Numbered from the stretch's first letter, positions 1-11,360 are shown. The stretch: 64,000 bases of DNA from Alphaproteobacteria bacterium (GCA_031549385.1 JAVBPW010000001.1:192001-256000); one strand, 5' to 3'. Numbers and translations: made by a program. Notes: a model not told the origin generated them from the letters alone.

Positions 1-700
1 AGACAACAATACTTATACTCCTTATGAAGATTATACATATAAAGCTGAAGGTATGGCTTCTTGGTATGGAAATGAATTTGCAGGACAAAAAACTGCTAAT
101 GGTGAAACATTCAACAATTCATACTTTACTGCTGCACACAAAACTTTACCTATGCCATCTGTTGCAAAAGTAACTAATTTGGAAAATGGAAAATCTACTT
201 ATGTTAGAATCAATGATAGAGGTCCTTTTACAAAAAGCAGATTAATCGACGTATCTGAAGCTGCTGCACAAGAACTTGGTTTTAAAGAAAAAGGTTCCGC
301 ACAAGTTAGAGTTGAAATATTACCTGCTGAAAGTGTAATTTTGAAAAATAAAGCTTTAGCTAATGCTCCAGTTGAACCTGCAACTAACTTAGTTGACGCT
401 GCTCCAGTTGCAGCTGCACCTGTTGCAACCACTGCTGCTGTTGAAACAATTAAACAAACACCAACTGGAACATTTGAAGTTCAAGCCGGTGCACTTGGAT
501 CAAAAGAAAATGCTGAAGCATTGGGAACAAGATTATCTACTATAGGAGACGTAAGAATTATTTCTGATGGTGATTTCTTCAAAGTTAGATTTGGACCATA
601 TGCTTCAAAAGAAGAAGCTTTGAAAGTTAGATCTCAATTGATAAATATGGGAGTTAATCCAGGACTTATTAATAATGGTAAATGGGCATCATGGGATTAG
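1..700 (+). CDS. rlpA: Septal ring lytic transglycosylase RlpA family protein (5' partial), DPBB + SPOR domains
   Basis: ASWYG...TANGE...TAAHKTLP...VRINDRGPF...RLIDVSEAAA motif and a C-terminal SPOR domain (VQAGA...KVRFGPY). Frame stays open back to position 2 (DNNTYTPYED...), so the start lies upstream of the window. Confidence 0.92.
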   Translation, partial: DNNTYTPYEDYTYKAEGMASWYGNEFAGQKTANGETFNNSYFTAAHKTLPMPSVAKVTNLENGKSTYVRINDRGPFTKSRLIDVSEAAAQELGFKEKGSAQVRVEILPAESVILKNKALANAPVEPATNLVDAAPVAAAPVATTAAVETIKQTPTGTFEVQAGALGSKENAEALGTRLSTIGDVRIISDGDFFKVRFGPYASKEEALKVRSQLINMGVNPGLINNGKWASWD

Positions 701-725
701 GAACCTGACGTTCCATCGCTTTATT

Positions 726-753
726 AGGGTTTGATTTATTCAAGCCCTTTTTT
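726..753 (+). terminator. Intrinsic terminator after rlpA
   Basis: AGGGTTTGA-tttat-TCAAGCCCT stem followed by a T run. Confidence 0.7.
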
Positions 754-909
754 ATTTCTAAATTAATTTATTAAAATATGAATTTGAATAATTTAACAAG
801 TTTAATAATTAAAACTAATTTATAATTTTTTTACTTTGAACTATTGAAATGTTTTAAACTGACACTATATATAAAACAAATATTCATGATCTCCGAATAT
901 CCTTAAAAT

Positions 910-945
910 AAAAAGATGGAAATTACTTTCCATCTTTTTAAAAAA
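910..945. terminator. Bidirectional-type hairpin terminator in the rlpA-tgt intergenic region
   Basis: AAAAAGATGGAAA-ttac-TTTCCATCTTTTT perfect inverted repeat. Confidence 0.6.
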
Positions 946-1042
946 GGGCATTCCTTTTTCTCCTTCTTATAATTTTAGAAATATAAAAACTAAAAGCAAG
1001 AGTTAATTTGAAAAATTTTAATTTTTTTGATATAATGATTAG

Positions 1043-2203
<1,161 letters not shown>

Positions 2204-2214
2204 TTGGAGGAGCT

Positions 2215-3294
2215 ATGAGAATTGGAATTATTACTGCTGGGGGAGATTGTCCTGGATTAAATGCTTTTATAAAAAAAGTAGTCGATAAAGCCTCTCAACT
2301 TGGAGCTGAAGTTATAGGTTTTAAAAATGGTAAAACTGGAATGTGTAAATCTGTTCCTGATACTGTTTTATTAACTGCAAAAGATTTTGAAAATGGAATC
2401 GATATGATTGGTGGAACTATGCTTGGTTCTTGTATTCGAGATACTCAAAAAATAAAGGATGCTATAAAGAAAGGAATACAACTTCCTGCTATTAATGAAA
2501 ACGGAGTTGCAGTTGCATTCTTTCCTTTTTTTAAAAATGCTGTTGAAAAAATGAAGATAGATGTCTTGATTATGAGCGGCGGAGATTCGTCTATTGATAT
2601 ATTTGCAAAATGTGCAAATCAAATAGATTTACCTTTAATTGCTATTCCAAAGACTATCGATAATAACGTTGCTCTTACAGAATTTTGCCTTGGTTATAGC
2701 AGTGCTGTTGAGATTTCTAAAAATTTGATTGAAGGAATTAGAAACACTGCAAGAAGTCATAGCCAATGGATTATATTTCAAACTATGGGTGGAGGTACTG
2801 GAGAACTTGCTATGAATACAGGAATTTCCAGTGGAGCTGATGTTATACTTGTTCCTGAAGTTAAATTTAATTATTTGAAAATTTTACAAAAAATAGAAGA
2901 TGATAACAGACGAGGAAAAAAGTTTGGAGTTATTATAGTTGCTGAAGGAGTACCACCTTCTAATAAAAAATATAAATATGCAACTGATGAATTATTTGAT
3001 CTTTTAAGTAAAAATAATGTGTCTGCGCGAATCACTATTGCTGGCCATTATATAAGAGGATGTAATCCAAATGCATTTGATTATATGATTGGGTCACTTG
3101 GTGGAGCTTATGCTGTTGAACTTATTCAAAATAGAACATTTAATAAAATGATTACTTTTGGAGAAAGTAATGTAGGTATGGTTAATCTTGGTGATGTTAT
3201 TAGTTCTGAAGCTGATAAATTAAAGAAAGATGATAATTTAACTGAATTTGCTAGAGCATTGGATATTTACATTGGAGATGAATTTATTGATTAA
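2215..3294 (+). CDS. 6-phosphofructokinase (PfkA) family protein, divergent active-site motifs
   Basis: GIITAGGDCPGLNA, GGTMLGS, PKTIDN, VAEG and GHxxRG motifs, but MGR reads MGG and TIDND reads TIDNN. Confidence 0.85.
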   Translation: MRIGIITAGGDCPGLNAFIKKVVDKASQLGAEVIGFKNGKTGMCKSVPDTVLLTAKDFENGIDMIGGTMLGSCIRDTQKIKDAIKKGIQLPAINENGVAVAFFPFFKNAVEKMKIDVLIMSGGDSSIDIFAKCANQIDLPLIAIPKTIDNNVALTEFCLGYSSAVEISKNLIEGIRNTARSHSQWIIFQTMGGGTGELAMNTGISSGADVILVPEVKFNYLKILQKIEDDNRRGKKFGVIIVAEGVPPSNKKYKYATDELFDLLSKNNVSARITIAGHYIRGCNPNAFDYMIGSLGGAYAVELIQNRTFNKMITFGESNVGMVNLGDVISSEADKLKKDDNLTEFARALDIYIGDEFID

Positions 3295-4420
3295 GAAAGC
3301 TTTTAATCAATAATTTTTTAGCTTGGCTTTCTTTTATTCCCTTTGAGCAAAGATATTGAATCTCAGATTCATTTAATTGAGTTATTGCTGATCCATGATT
3401 TACATTAACATCTTCACTGTCTATGTGAAGGTTAGGAATAAATGAAACTTTTGCATTTTCTCCTAGTAATAAACTTGTAAACTTTTCATATCCAAATACA
3501 TCTTTTTGATTTTTTGGAATTATTAAATCACCATTAATTTTTAAAATCTCAGACGAATCACATAAAGACTTTAAAATAATATTTGAATGTGATCCTGATT
3601 TTTGACTTATTTCAAAATTATAGGTGTAATTCTTAAAATTATAAAATAAAGAAGAATTATCTAATTTTGATTCAGTATCCATATTTATAATTTCATCATG
3701 ATAAATAGTAGATGATTTTTTAATTTCATTTTTTATATTTAATACAGAATTTTTACCTAAATTAATTTCATTAAAAAGGCAAAGAGTTGATTTGTTTGTT
3801 TTTAAAATCTGATTATAGTTAACTATTGATTTTGAATCAGAATTTATTACTAAAACCCGGCAATTAAGGGAGTTTGCTTCTTTAATTGAAAGAAATGTTT
3901 CCTGTAAGTTTACAGATGTATTCTTTGAAATATTTATAAAAATAGTAGAAAAAAACATATCCTTTTGAGTAACTGTATTTATATGAATTACATTAACTGG
4001 TAATGATGGAGTTGCTTTTATATTTATTGATATAGGACTTTTTAGATATGAAGCACTCAAAGAAGCAAATATTGATTTAGAATAATTGAATTCTTGAAAT
4101 TCTTCTTTTACTTCTATTACCTTTTGGTCATAAAGAGAAAGATTTTCATTAAATACTCCATTTAAAAAGACTATTGTATTTGACTTTTTAAACTTAAGAT
4201 TAAGATCTTTTAATGAAAGAAGTTTTAAATCTGGATTGATATTTACTTTATATTTTAGACTTTTCATTAATGATAAAAAATTTTTATCTTCCATGTATTT
4301 TAAATAAGAGTTTGCTGCATTTCGACGGAAAGTTATAAACTTATCATCTGCATTTTTTGATAAAAGCCTGAAATCTTCAAAATGGGGGATTTTCGGAGGA
4401 TTTATTATCTTTAAACTCAT
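3284..4420 (-). CDS. sufD: Fe-S cluster assembly protein SufD family
   Basis: N-terminal EDFR and VFLNG; C-terminal PNLHIDSEDVNVNHG...YLCSKGI matches SufB/SufD (P.LEI..DDV...HG...YL.SRG). Confidence 0.8.
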   Translation of the reverse strand: MSLKIINPPKIPHFEDFRLLSKNADDKFITFRRNAANSYLKYMEDKNFLSLMKSLKYKVNINPDLKLLSLKDLNLKFKKSNTIVFLNGVFNENLSLYDQKVIEVKEEFQEFNYSKSIFASLSASYLKSPISINIKATPSLPVNVIHINTVTQKDMFFSTIFINISKNTSVNLQETFLSIKEANSLNCRVLVINSDSKSIVNYNQILKTNKSTLCLFNEINLGKNSVLNIKNEIKKSSTIYHDEIINMDTESKLDNSSLFYNFKNYTYNFEISQKSGSHSNIILKSLCDSSEILKINGDLIIPKNQKDVFGYEKFTSLLLGENAKVSFIPNLHIDSEDVNVNHGSAITQLNESEIQYLCSKGIKESQAKKLLIKSFLNQ

Positions 4421-4492
4421 TATTGTTAATTTTCCTTGTTAAAAATAAATATAGCCTTTATTATATAGCAAAAATTACAGGAGTCAAAAGAA

Positions 4493-5593
4493 ATGGGTTT
4501 TAATTGTGGAATAGTTGGATTGCCAAATGTTGGAAAGTCTACTTTATTTAATGCGTTAATAAAAACTGCTTGTGCACAAGCTGCTAACTATCCTTTTTGT
4601 ACTATTGAACCTAATGTTGGTAAAGTTAGCGTACCTGATGAGAGATTATTAAATTTAGCAACTCTTGCAAACAGCCAAAAAATTATTCCTACTCAACTTG
4701 AGTTTGTTGATATAGCTGGTCTTGTTAAAGGAGCGTCTCGTGGTGAAGGATTAGGAAATAAATTCTTATCTCATATTCGTGAAGTTGATGCTATTTGTCA
4801 TCTTATAAGATGTTTTGAAAATACTGACATCACTCATACTGAACAAACTATTGATCCTATACGTGATAAAGAAATTATTGATACAGAACTTTTGTTGGCT
4901 GATTTAGAATCGTTGACTAAGCAAGCTCAAAATTTAGAAAAGAAAGCAAGAGGAAATGACAAAGATGCAAAAGAGGCTTTTGTTATTGCTAAACGAATCA
5001 TTGAAAGCTTAGAAAAAGGTGTTGGAGCAAGAGCTCTTAGTTTTAGTGATAATGAATTGTTTCATGTTAAACAATTTAATCTTCTTACTATTAAACCTGT
5101 TTTATATATTTGCAATGTAGAAGAAGATAGTGCAGCTCAGGGAAATAAATATTCTGATTTAGTAAAAAATGCTGCTGAAGCAGAAGGTAATAAAGCTGTT
5201 ATTATTTCTGCAGAAATTGAAAAAGATATTGCTTTGCTTGAAAGCAGAGAAGAACAAATTGAATTTTTACAAACTATTGGATTAAGCGAAACTGGGTTAG
5301 ACAGAGTTATCAAAGCTGGATATGAATTATTGAATTTAATAACTTATTTTACAATTGGTCCAAAAGAAGCTCATGCTTGGACTATTATAAAAGGAACTAA
5401 AGCACCTGAAGCTGCTGGAGTTATTCATACCGATTTTGAAAAAGGATTTATTAGAGCTGAAACTATTTCTTATAAAGACTATGTTGAATATAAAACTGAA
5501 GTTGCTGTTAAGGCTGCTGGTAAAATGCGAATCGAAGGAAAAGATTATATTGTTAATGATGGCGATATAATGCATTTTCTGTTTAATAACTAA
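4493..5593 (+). CDS. ychF: Ribosome-binding ATPase YchF
   Basis: GIVGLPNVGKSTLFN, NYPFCTIEPN, DIAGLVKGAS.GEGLGN, IHTDFEKGFIRAE. Confidence 0.98.
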   Translation: MGFNCGIVGLPNVGKSTLFNALIKTACAQAANYPFCTIEPNVGKVSVPDERLLNLATLANSQKIIPTQLEFVDIAGLVKGASRGEGLGNKFLSHIREVDAICHLIRCFENTDITHTEQTIDPIRDKEIIDTELLLADLESLTKQAQNLEKKARGNDKDAKEAFVIAKRIIESLEKGVGARALSFSDNELFHVKQFNLLTIKPVLYICNVEEDSAAQGNKYSDLVKNAAEAEGNKAVIISAEIEKDIALLESREEQIEFLQTIGLSETGLDRVIKAGYELLNLITYFTIGPKEAHAWTIIKGTKAPEAAGVIHTDFEKGFIRAETISYKDYVEYKTEVAVKAAGKMRIEGKDYIVNDGDIMHFLFNN

Positions 5594-7839
5594 AATATAC
5601 TTTGAATTATATTTTCATTAAACCAACTAATTGGTTTAGTTATTACTTCTTCTGTTACTTTTGAAACTACACTTTTATTCTTTTTTACATTTAAATTTGG
5701 ATCAAGTTTTGGGATTTCAAGTTTTCCAAGATCATGCAATAATTGTTTTTTATCTTCTTCAAATGAAATTGTGTTTTCTGCATATTGTCTGTTAATTGCT
5801 GTCTTACATGGAGTTTTATCAGAACCAATTGCCTTTATCCAATTGTTTGCTAAATAACCTACTCCCAATACTGGAAGAGTTAATGTTCCACCTGATACTA
5901 TTGTAACAAATGTTGTTGTTATTGCTAATTTGGTTATTGATTTAAATAATTGATCCCCTGACACCATTAATGATGGTTTTGCTATTGGACCTTTTACTTC
6001 AAGCATAGATATAAATTCTGATGTATCTATACCTAAACTACTTACAGGAACTGGAACAATAGAAACGTCTAATCTTTCTTTTTTGAAATCAATTTTTCCG
6101 TTTGCAACTATATTTACCTTGTCTGTTTGAATTGCAATTTCTCGGTATGATTCAGCTTGTCCATCTTGGAGTTGTAAATTAGCAGCAAAACAATAAATTT
6201 TAACATCCTCACTTTGACTTTTGAAAATTCTGTCAAATGTAGTTTTTAATACATCTTTTCCTAATGTAAAATCTGATAAGTCGTATCCTTTTAACTCTGT
6301 TGTTGAATTTAATATTCCTTCACCTGTTGCTGATCCAACGAGTTCTGACAAATTTGCACCTTGGGCTTTTACATAAATTTCTACATTCCCGAATCCATCA
6401 TCGTCTATTACTTGTCCGCCACCTGAATATCGAATCACTTTTCCTGGGGATATATGTTGAGCTTTGAAAATTGCAGCTAATGTTATATGTTTTTTTGAAC
6501 TTGCATCTGCTCTTAATAAGACTTCTCCTGAACCATCTGCATAATTTGCAGTTAATGGATTTAGAGTTCCTACACCATCTTTTAGAGCTAATTTAAATTT
6601 AATATTTTCAATTGGCATTGTTGACATTGGATAAAGTTTGTTAACAGTTACATTCAATTTTGCATCAAATTTATTTACTAAATCAATTGGAAATGGAACA
6701 TTAATAAATACTTTTGGATCGCGCTTTTCAAGCACATAAGCCGGGGTTTCCTTGTTTTTATTTTGTCCATACACATGACCTTCATAAGCAAATATTCGTG
6801 GAAGATTAAGTGTTTTTCCTGTTAATGTTAGATCTATATTTGGACGACCTTGGATTAAATTGTTTATGTTTCCTTTTATTGTAAAACTGCTGTCTAATAT
6901 ATCTATATCAAGTTTTTTTATTGCTATTTTATTTAATGAACCTGAAGCAGTTATATCTATTTCAGTTTTTGGAATATCAACAAATTCTATATCAAAATTT
7001 TTTAATTCACTTTGAATGTCTTCAACTGTACCTTTTGCTGTTAAGTTAATTCCTTGAAACTTATCCAAGTCTTTTATTGAAGCATAAACTATTAAATCTG
7101 ATTTATCCCAAACAATATCAGCATTAATTTTTATAACATCACTTTTATTTAATATCTCGTGCAACGGAGACATTAAAATATTTAAACGATAGGTTTTCCC
7201 ACCTGTATAAATATTAGAAGTAACTTTTGTTTTTACATCATCTATTTCAAATGAAAACATGGAAGATGATAATTTATATTTTTCTTTAACATCTTTTGTT
7301 TTTACATTAAGAGTTAAATTTCTAACTATGATATTTGAAAAAGCTAAATGAATTGGAGCAATTTTTTTACTATCTTTTTTTACTTTTACTGATTTATCTT
7401 CAACTGGTTGTTTATGTAGGAAAGCAAAATCTGTTATATTAGATTTATTATTTATTTCTTCATAATTTATTATTGGATCTTCTATAGACACTCTTCTTGC
7501 TTTTAATTTACCTGTAAGCAATTTAAAAACAGAAACAGAAAATCTTATTTTTTTTGCTGTAAATAATTCTTTATAAGTTCCATTAGGGGAATTTTGAATT
7601 GATATTTCATTTAATTCAATTACTGGAGAGAGTCTTTTGAAACCCAGCGATATATCACCTTTTATTTCAAACTTATGACCTAAGAAAACTGATACCTTTT
7701 CTTCGATACTACCTTTTGTTTCATTTATATCTAAATTAGATAATGCAAAATAGATTGATACTGCTGCTGCTGCAAGAACAACGAATACTATTTTAAAAAA
7801 TCCCCAAAATGTTTTGCGTATCATTTTATATTTATCCAA
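5590..7839 (-). CDS. AsmA family protein
   Basis: N-terminal TM anchor, long beta-rich body, AsmA-like C-terminus (GKIDFKKE.LD...VKGPIAKP). Confidence 0.75.
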   Translation of the reverse strand: MDKYKMIRKTFWGFFKIVFVVLAAAAVSIYFALSNLDINETKGSIEEKVSVFLGHKFEIKGDISLGFKRLSPVIELNEISIQNSPNGTYKELFTAKKIRFSVSVFKLLTGKLKARRVSIEDPIINYEEINNKSNITDFAFLHKQPVEDKSVKVKKDSKKIAPIHLAFSNIIVRNLTLNVKTKDVKEKYKLSSSMFSFEIDDVKTKVTSNIYTGGKTYRLNILMSPLHEILNKSDVIKINADIVWDKSDLIVYASIKDLDKFQGINLTAKGTVEDIQSELKNFDIEFVDIPKTEIDITASGSLNKIAIKKLDIDILDSSFTIKGNINNLIQGRPNIDLTLTGKTLNLPRIFAYEGHVYGQNKNKETPAYVLEKRDPKVFINVPFPIDLVNKFDAKLNVTVNKLYPMSTMPIENIKFKLALKDGVGTLNPLTANYADGSGEVLLRADASSKKHITLAAIFKAQHISPGKVIRYSGGGQVIDDDGFGNVEIYVKAQGANLSELVGSATGEGILNSTTELKGYDLSDFTLGKDVLKTTFDRIFKSQSEDVKIYCFAANLQLQDGQAESYREIAIQTDKVNIVANGKIDFKKERLDVSIVPVPVSSLGIDTSEFISMLEVKGPIAKPSLMVSGDQLFKSITKLAITTTFVTIVSGGTLTLPVLGVGYLANNWIKAIGSDKTPCKTAINRQYAENTISFEEDKKQLLHDLGKLEIPKLDPNLNVKKNKSVVSKVTEEVITKPISWFNENIIQSIF

Positions 7840-8708
7840 TAGGGATATGGAGCCCTGAAATCTCCGTATCCAGGTAAAGTTAACTCATATGCAAACAAGT
7901 GTAAGAAATTTTTGTCTTTCTCGCAAGATAAATCTTTTGCATAAAGTCTGTCACCTATTATTGGACAATTAAGACCATAGGAAAGATGAGCTCTGATTTG
8001 ATGCTTTCTTCCCGTTAGTGGAGAGCATTGTACTAATGCTGTATAGTTTTTGTATCTTTTTAATAATTGATAATCTGTTCTTGATTGTTTTCCATGAACT
8101 TTGTCGACTATCATTTTTTCTTTATTATCTGTTATTAATGGGAGATCTATAAAACCTTTTGGTGGTCTTGGATATCCACATGTTAATGCTATATATGTTT
8201 TTTTTACTTTTTGAAACTTGAATGCTTCAGATAAATTTCTTGCAGTCTTTGTATTTAATGCAACTACCATTACACCTGATGTGTCTTGGTCAAGACGGTG
8301 GACTAAATATACTTCTTTCTTTAATGCAGCTTTTAATATTTTATCAATGGAATTTCTTATATTAATTCCACCTTGAGAAGATATACCTTGAGGTTTGTTA
8401 AATACAACTATGTCATTGTCTTGATAAATAATTGAATCAAGTAACTTAGTTTGAAGTTCTTTTGGAACTCCTATCTTTTCAACCATGTCTTCTGTTAAAT
8501 TAGTTAAAAATGGAGGTATTCTTATTTTATCCCCAGAATATAGAGTTTCATTAAATTTTACTCTTTTGGAATTTACCCTTATTTGACCTGTACGACAAAG
8601 CTTTTGTAAATGAGATAAAGATAATAACGGATACTTTTTATAAAAAAACTTATTAAGTTTTATAGTATCTATATCTTTATCAACAATAAGTTCTTTTTGT
8701 TTTTCCAT
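7821..8708 (-). CDS. rluC: RluA/RluC family pseudouridine synthase with S4 domain
   Basis: S4 domain (RTGQIRVN), NKPQG, VHRLDQDTSG, TGRKHQIRAH. Confidence 0.88.
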   Translation of the reverse strand: MEKQKELIVDKDIDTIKLNKFFYKKYPLLSLSHLQKLCRTGQIRVNSKRVKFNETLYSGDKIRIPPFLTNLTEDMVEKIGVPKELQTKLLDSIIYQDNDIVVFNKPQGISSQGGINIRNSIDKILKAALKKEVYLVHRLDQDTSGVMVVALNTKTARNLSEAFKFQKVKKTYIALTCGYPRPPKGFIDLPLITDNKEKMIVDKVHGKQSRTDYQLLKRYKNYTALVQCSPLTGRKHQIRAHLSYGLNCPIIGDRLYAKDLSCEKDKNFLHLFAYELTLPGYGDFRAPYPYWINIK

Positions 8709-8716
8709 TTTGTAAT

Positions 8717-8748
8717 AAAAAAAGTCATTTAAAAATTAATGACTTTTT
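8717..8748 (-). terminator. Terminator after rpmJ
   Basis: AAAAAGTCATT...AATGACTTTTT inverted repeat with an A run on the + strand. Confidence 0.55.
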
Positions 8749-8771
8749 CCTATTTTATTTGTTAAAAGCCT

Positions 8772-8897
8772 TTAATTGCCTTGCTTTGCTTTGAACTTTG
8801 GGTTCTTTTTGTCGATTGCAACAACTTTCTTCCCACGGCGTATCAATTGTACGTTGCCTCTGGTTCTCCAAGCTTTTAGTGATCTTAATACTTTCAT
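8772..8897 (-). CDS. rpmJ: 50S ribosomal protein L36, zinc-free type B (41 aa, not in ORF track)
   Basis: Hand translation MKVLRSLKAWRTRGNVQLIRRGKKVVAIDKKNPKFKAKQGN; GAGGA RBS upstream. Confidence 0.93.
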   Translation of the reverse strand: MKVLRSLKAWRTRGNVQLIRRGKKVVAIDKKNPKFKAKQGN

Positions 8898-8965
8898 TGT
8901 ATCCTCGTGTTTTTAAAATTCTTTGGTTGAGAGTAGACTAAATAGCTGTAAAAGTCAATAAAAAA

Positions 8966-9850
8966 CTACCTCATGCCCCAAGTTTGGTAAAATTCATCAT
9001 CTGTGAATATATTTTCTTTAACTTTCACAAATAAGAATAGTCTTACTTTTACATCCAACTCTTTTTGAAGTTCTACTCTTGCAGCTGAACCTATTTTTTT
9101 AAGCATTTCTCCATTTTTTCCAATAATAATCTTTTTTTGCGAATCGCGAGATACATAAATAATTAAATTAAAATCATAACCATATTCTGTTTGTTCAACT
9201 TTTTCTGGCTCTACTGTTGCTGAGTATGGAAGCTCTTGATGTAGAAATCTGTAAATTTGCTCTCTTACCATTTCACATGCAAAAAGTTTTAATGGAAAAT
9301 CACTGACTTCATCTTTTGAATATACCCAAGGATGTTCTGGCATTGCTGAGGCTAATTCTTTTTTCATAGCATCAAGCCCTGTTCCTTTATTTGCTGAAAT
9401 CATAAAGACTTCTTTAAATGGATATTTGCTCATTAAATCTTGAGCTATCTTTAATAGTTTTACTTTTTCAATGGTGTCTACTTTATTAATAGCAACATAA
9501 ACTGGAATATTTATATCTGAAATTCTTTTTATTATGTTATCTATTTCTTTTTTGTTTGGCGCTTTAGCGTCTATTAATATCAATAAAGCATTTGCATTTT
9601 GCAAAGAAGAAAAAGCTGTTGATATCATTGAGCGTTCTAACCTTGACTTAGCACTGAATATTCCAGGAGTATCTATTAAAATTATTTGGGAGTTTTCATA
9701 ATTAAAAATCCCATTGACTGTAGTTCTTGTTGTTTGAACCTTTGATGATACTATTGATACTTTAGCACCTACTAATTTATTTATTAAAGTAGATTTGCCT
9801 GCATTTGTTGGTCCAATTACTGCTACAAAACCCATTCTTTGTTTCTTCAT
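8966..9850 (-). CDS. era: GTPase Era
   Basis: GPTNAGKSTL, VSSKVQTTR, DTPG, NKVD, LHQELPY and KH domain IIIGKNG. Confidence 0.97.
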   Translation of the reverse strand: MKKQRMGFVAVIGPTNAGKSTLINKLVGAKVSIVSSKVQTTRTTVNGIFNYENSQIILIDTPGIFSAKSRLERSMISTAFSSLQNANALLILIDAKAPNKKEIDNIIKRISDINIPVYVAINKVDTIEKVKLLKIAQDLMSKYPFKEVFMISANKGTGLDAMKKELASAMPEHPWVYSKDEVSDFPLKLFACEMVREQIYRFLHQELPYSATVEPEKVEQTEYGYDFNLIIYVSRDSQKKIIIGKNGEMLKKIGSAARVELQKELDVKVRLFLFVKVKENIFTDDEFYQTWGMR

Positions 9851-9964
9851 GTTTTTGATTTTATAAGAAATTTTTAATAAATACTATAAATTTTTTAAAT
9901 TATTGCATTTTTCGATTTTTTTGATTATATTCTTAATATTGTTAACAAAAAACAGGGTTTTATT

Positions 9965-10255
9965 TTGAATAATCATTTTTTGAATTTCTTTATTGGGGCT
10001 ACTTTTTCTATAATAGTACTTATCTTGAAATGGTGGGCTATCAAATATAAAGAACGCGTAAAAGATGCAGGAAGATTTCTTTTAGCTAATGCTATTTTTA
10101 GATTTTTAATGATTGTTGTTACTTTTTTTATTGTTGGCTTTAATGTTACTTGGTTGGACGCATTTATATTCTTAGCTGGATATTTAATTTTTCAACTTTT
10201 ATTAAACAGACTTATGAATTCTATCAAAAATGTTAGCTCAAATACAAAGCTTTAG
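9965..10255 (+). CDS. Small membrane protein resembling ATP synthase protein I / N-ATPase AtpR
   Basis: Three hydrophobic segments; LKWWAIK...FLLANAIFRF...W...FLAGYLI pattern similar to AtpR; TTG start. Confidence 0.5.
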   Translation: MNNHFLNFFIGATFSIIVLILKWWAIKYKERVKDAGRFLLANAIFRFLMIVVTFFIVGFNVTWLDAFIFLAGYLIFQLLLNRLMNSIKNVSSNTKL

Positions 10256-10343
10256 TTTTAAGTTTTGTTTCCAGCTATAATAAATTGACAAATCGTTAAA
10301 ATTTTAGTATATTTTAGATATAAATTAAAAAAGGAGATTTTAT

Positions 10344-11360
10344 ATGAAAAAACTTATTTTCGGTCTTGCAGTTTTAGCTTCATTTGGAGCAAACGCAGCA
10401 CCTTTTAACATGACTTACAATTCTGAAAACCCTTTCTATCAACCAAGGGAAAATGAATTCTATTCTAAAACACAAGTGGAAATGGCTTGGACTTCTATTG
10501 ATTTAAGAGGCGCACAAGCTGTTAATGGAACTCAAGCTAATCTTGAAAGAGATATCACAGATAACAATATCTTTGTAAATGAAAGAATCGGTTACGGTAT
10601 TAATAGACAATGGGAAATCTGGGGTGAATTTGGATTTGTAAAATCTGATTTAGAATGGAAAGATTTAAATACTGGATATGATAAACTTTCTTCAGATGAA
10701 ACAAAAATGAACTATATCACACTTGGTACATCTTTCTTTATTACAAGAACAAAAGATTTTACTGCTAAAGTTTCTGTTGATTACTCACTTGCTCCTGATA
10801 ATGATGTTGTTGGTTATGGTGATAAAATCCACGCTAATGTTGTTCTTGGTAAAGAATGGGAAAATATGGTTCTTGCTTTACATGGTGGAGTTATCTTTAA
10901 CTTAGGAACTACTGAAGATATTGATTACTATGGTTTTTCAACTCCATTAGATATTGATAGCACAATTGATTACTTTGTTGCTGGAGAATTCATGTATGGA
11001 TTTAACGAAAAGATTTCTGCTCAACTTATGTTGAAATATGAAATCTTTGATCCAAGCAGTGAACAAAATATTAATTTCTTAAATAATCAAGATGCTGTTG
11101 ACTTCTTCGGAAATGACGATTCTGATAATGTATTTACTATTGCTGGTCAATTAAACTACTCATTTACAAAATCAATACTTGCATCTTTATATGTTGGAAT
11201 GTCATTCCATTCTGTTGATAAATATACTACAGTTGATCCTTTCTTAGTACAATCAGCTGTTATTAACGATTGGTCAGATTTCCAAACTGTTTTATATAAT
11301 TATAATATTGACAATTTTACAACAACATATGTTGGCTTAAAATTCAATATAGTATTTTAA
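10344..11360 (+). CDS. Outer-membrane beta-barrel protein (porin-like)
   Basis: Signal peptide (ANA), alternating hydrophobic strands, C-terminal Phe, strong RBS AGGAG. Confidence 0.75.
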   Translation: MKKLIFGLAVLASFGANAAPFNMTYNSENPFYQPRENEFYSKTQVEMAWTSIDLRGAQAVNGTQANLERDITDNNIFVNERIGYGINRQWEIWGEFGFVKSDLEWKDLNTGYDKLSSDETKMNYITLGTSFFITRTKDFTAKVSVDYSLAPDNDVVGYGDKIHANVVLGKEWENMVLALHGGVIFNLGTTEDIDYYGFSTPLDIDSTIDYFVAGEFMYGFNEKISAQLMLKYEIFDPSSEQNINFLNNQDAVDFFGNDDSDNVFTIAGQLNYSFTKSILASLYVGMSFHSVDKYTTVDPFLVQSAVINDWSDFQTVLYNYNIDNFTTTYVGLKFNIVF

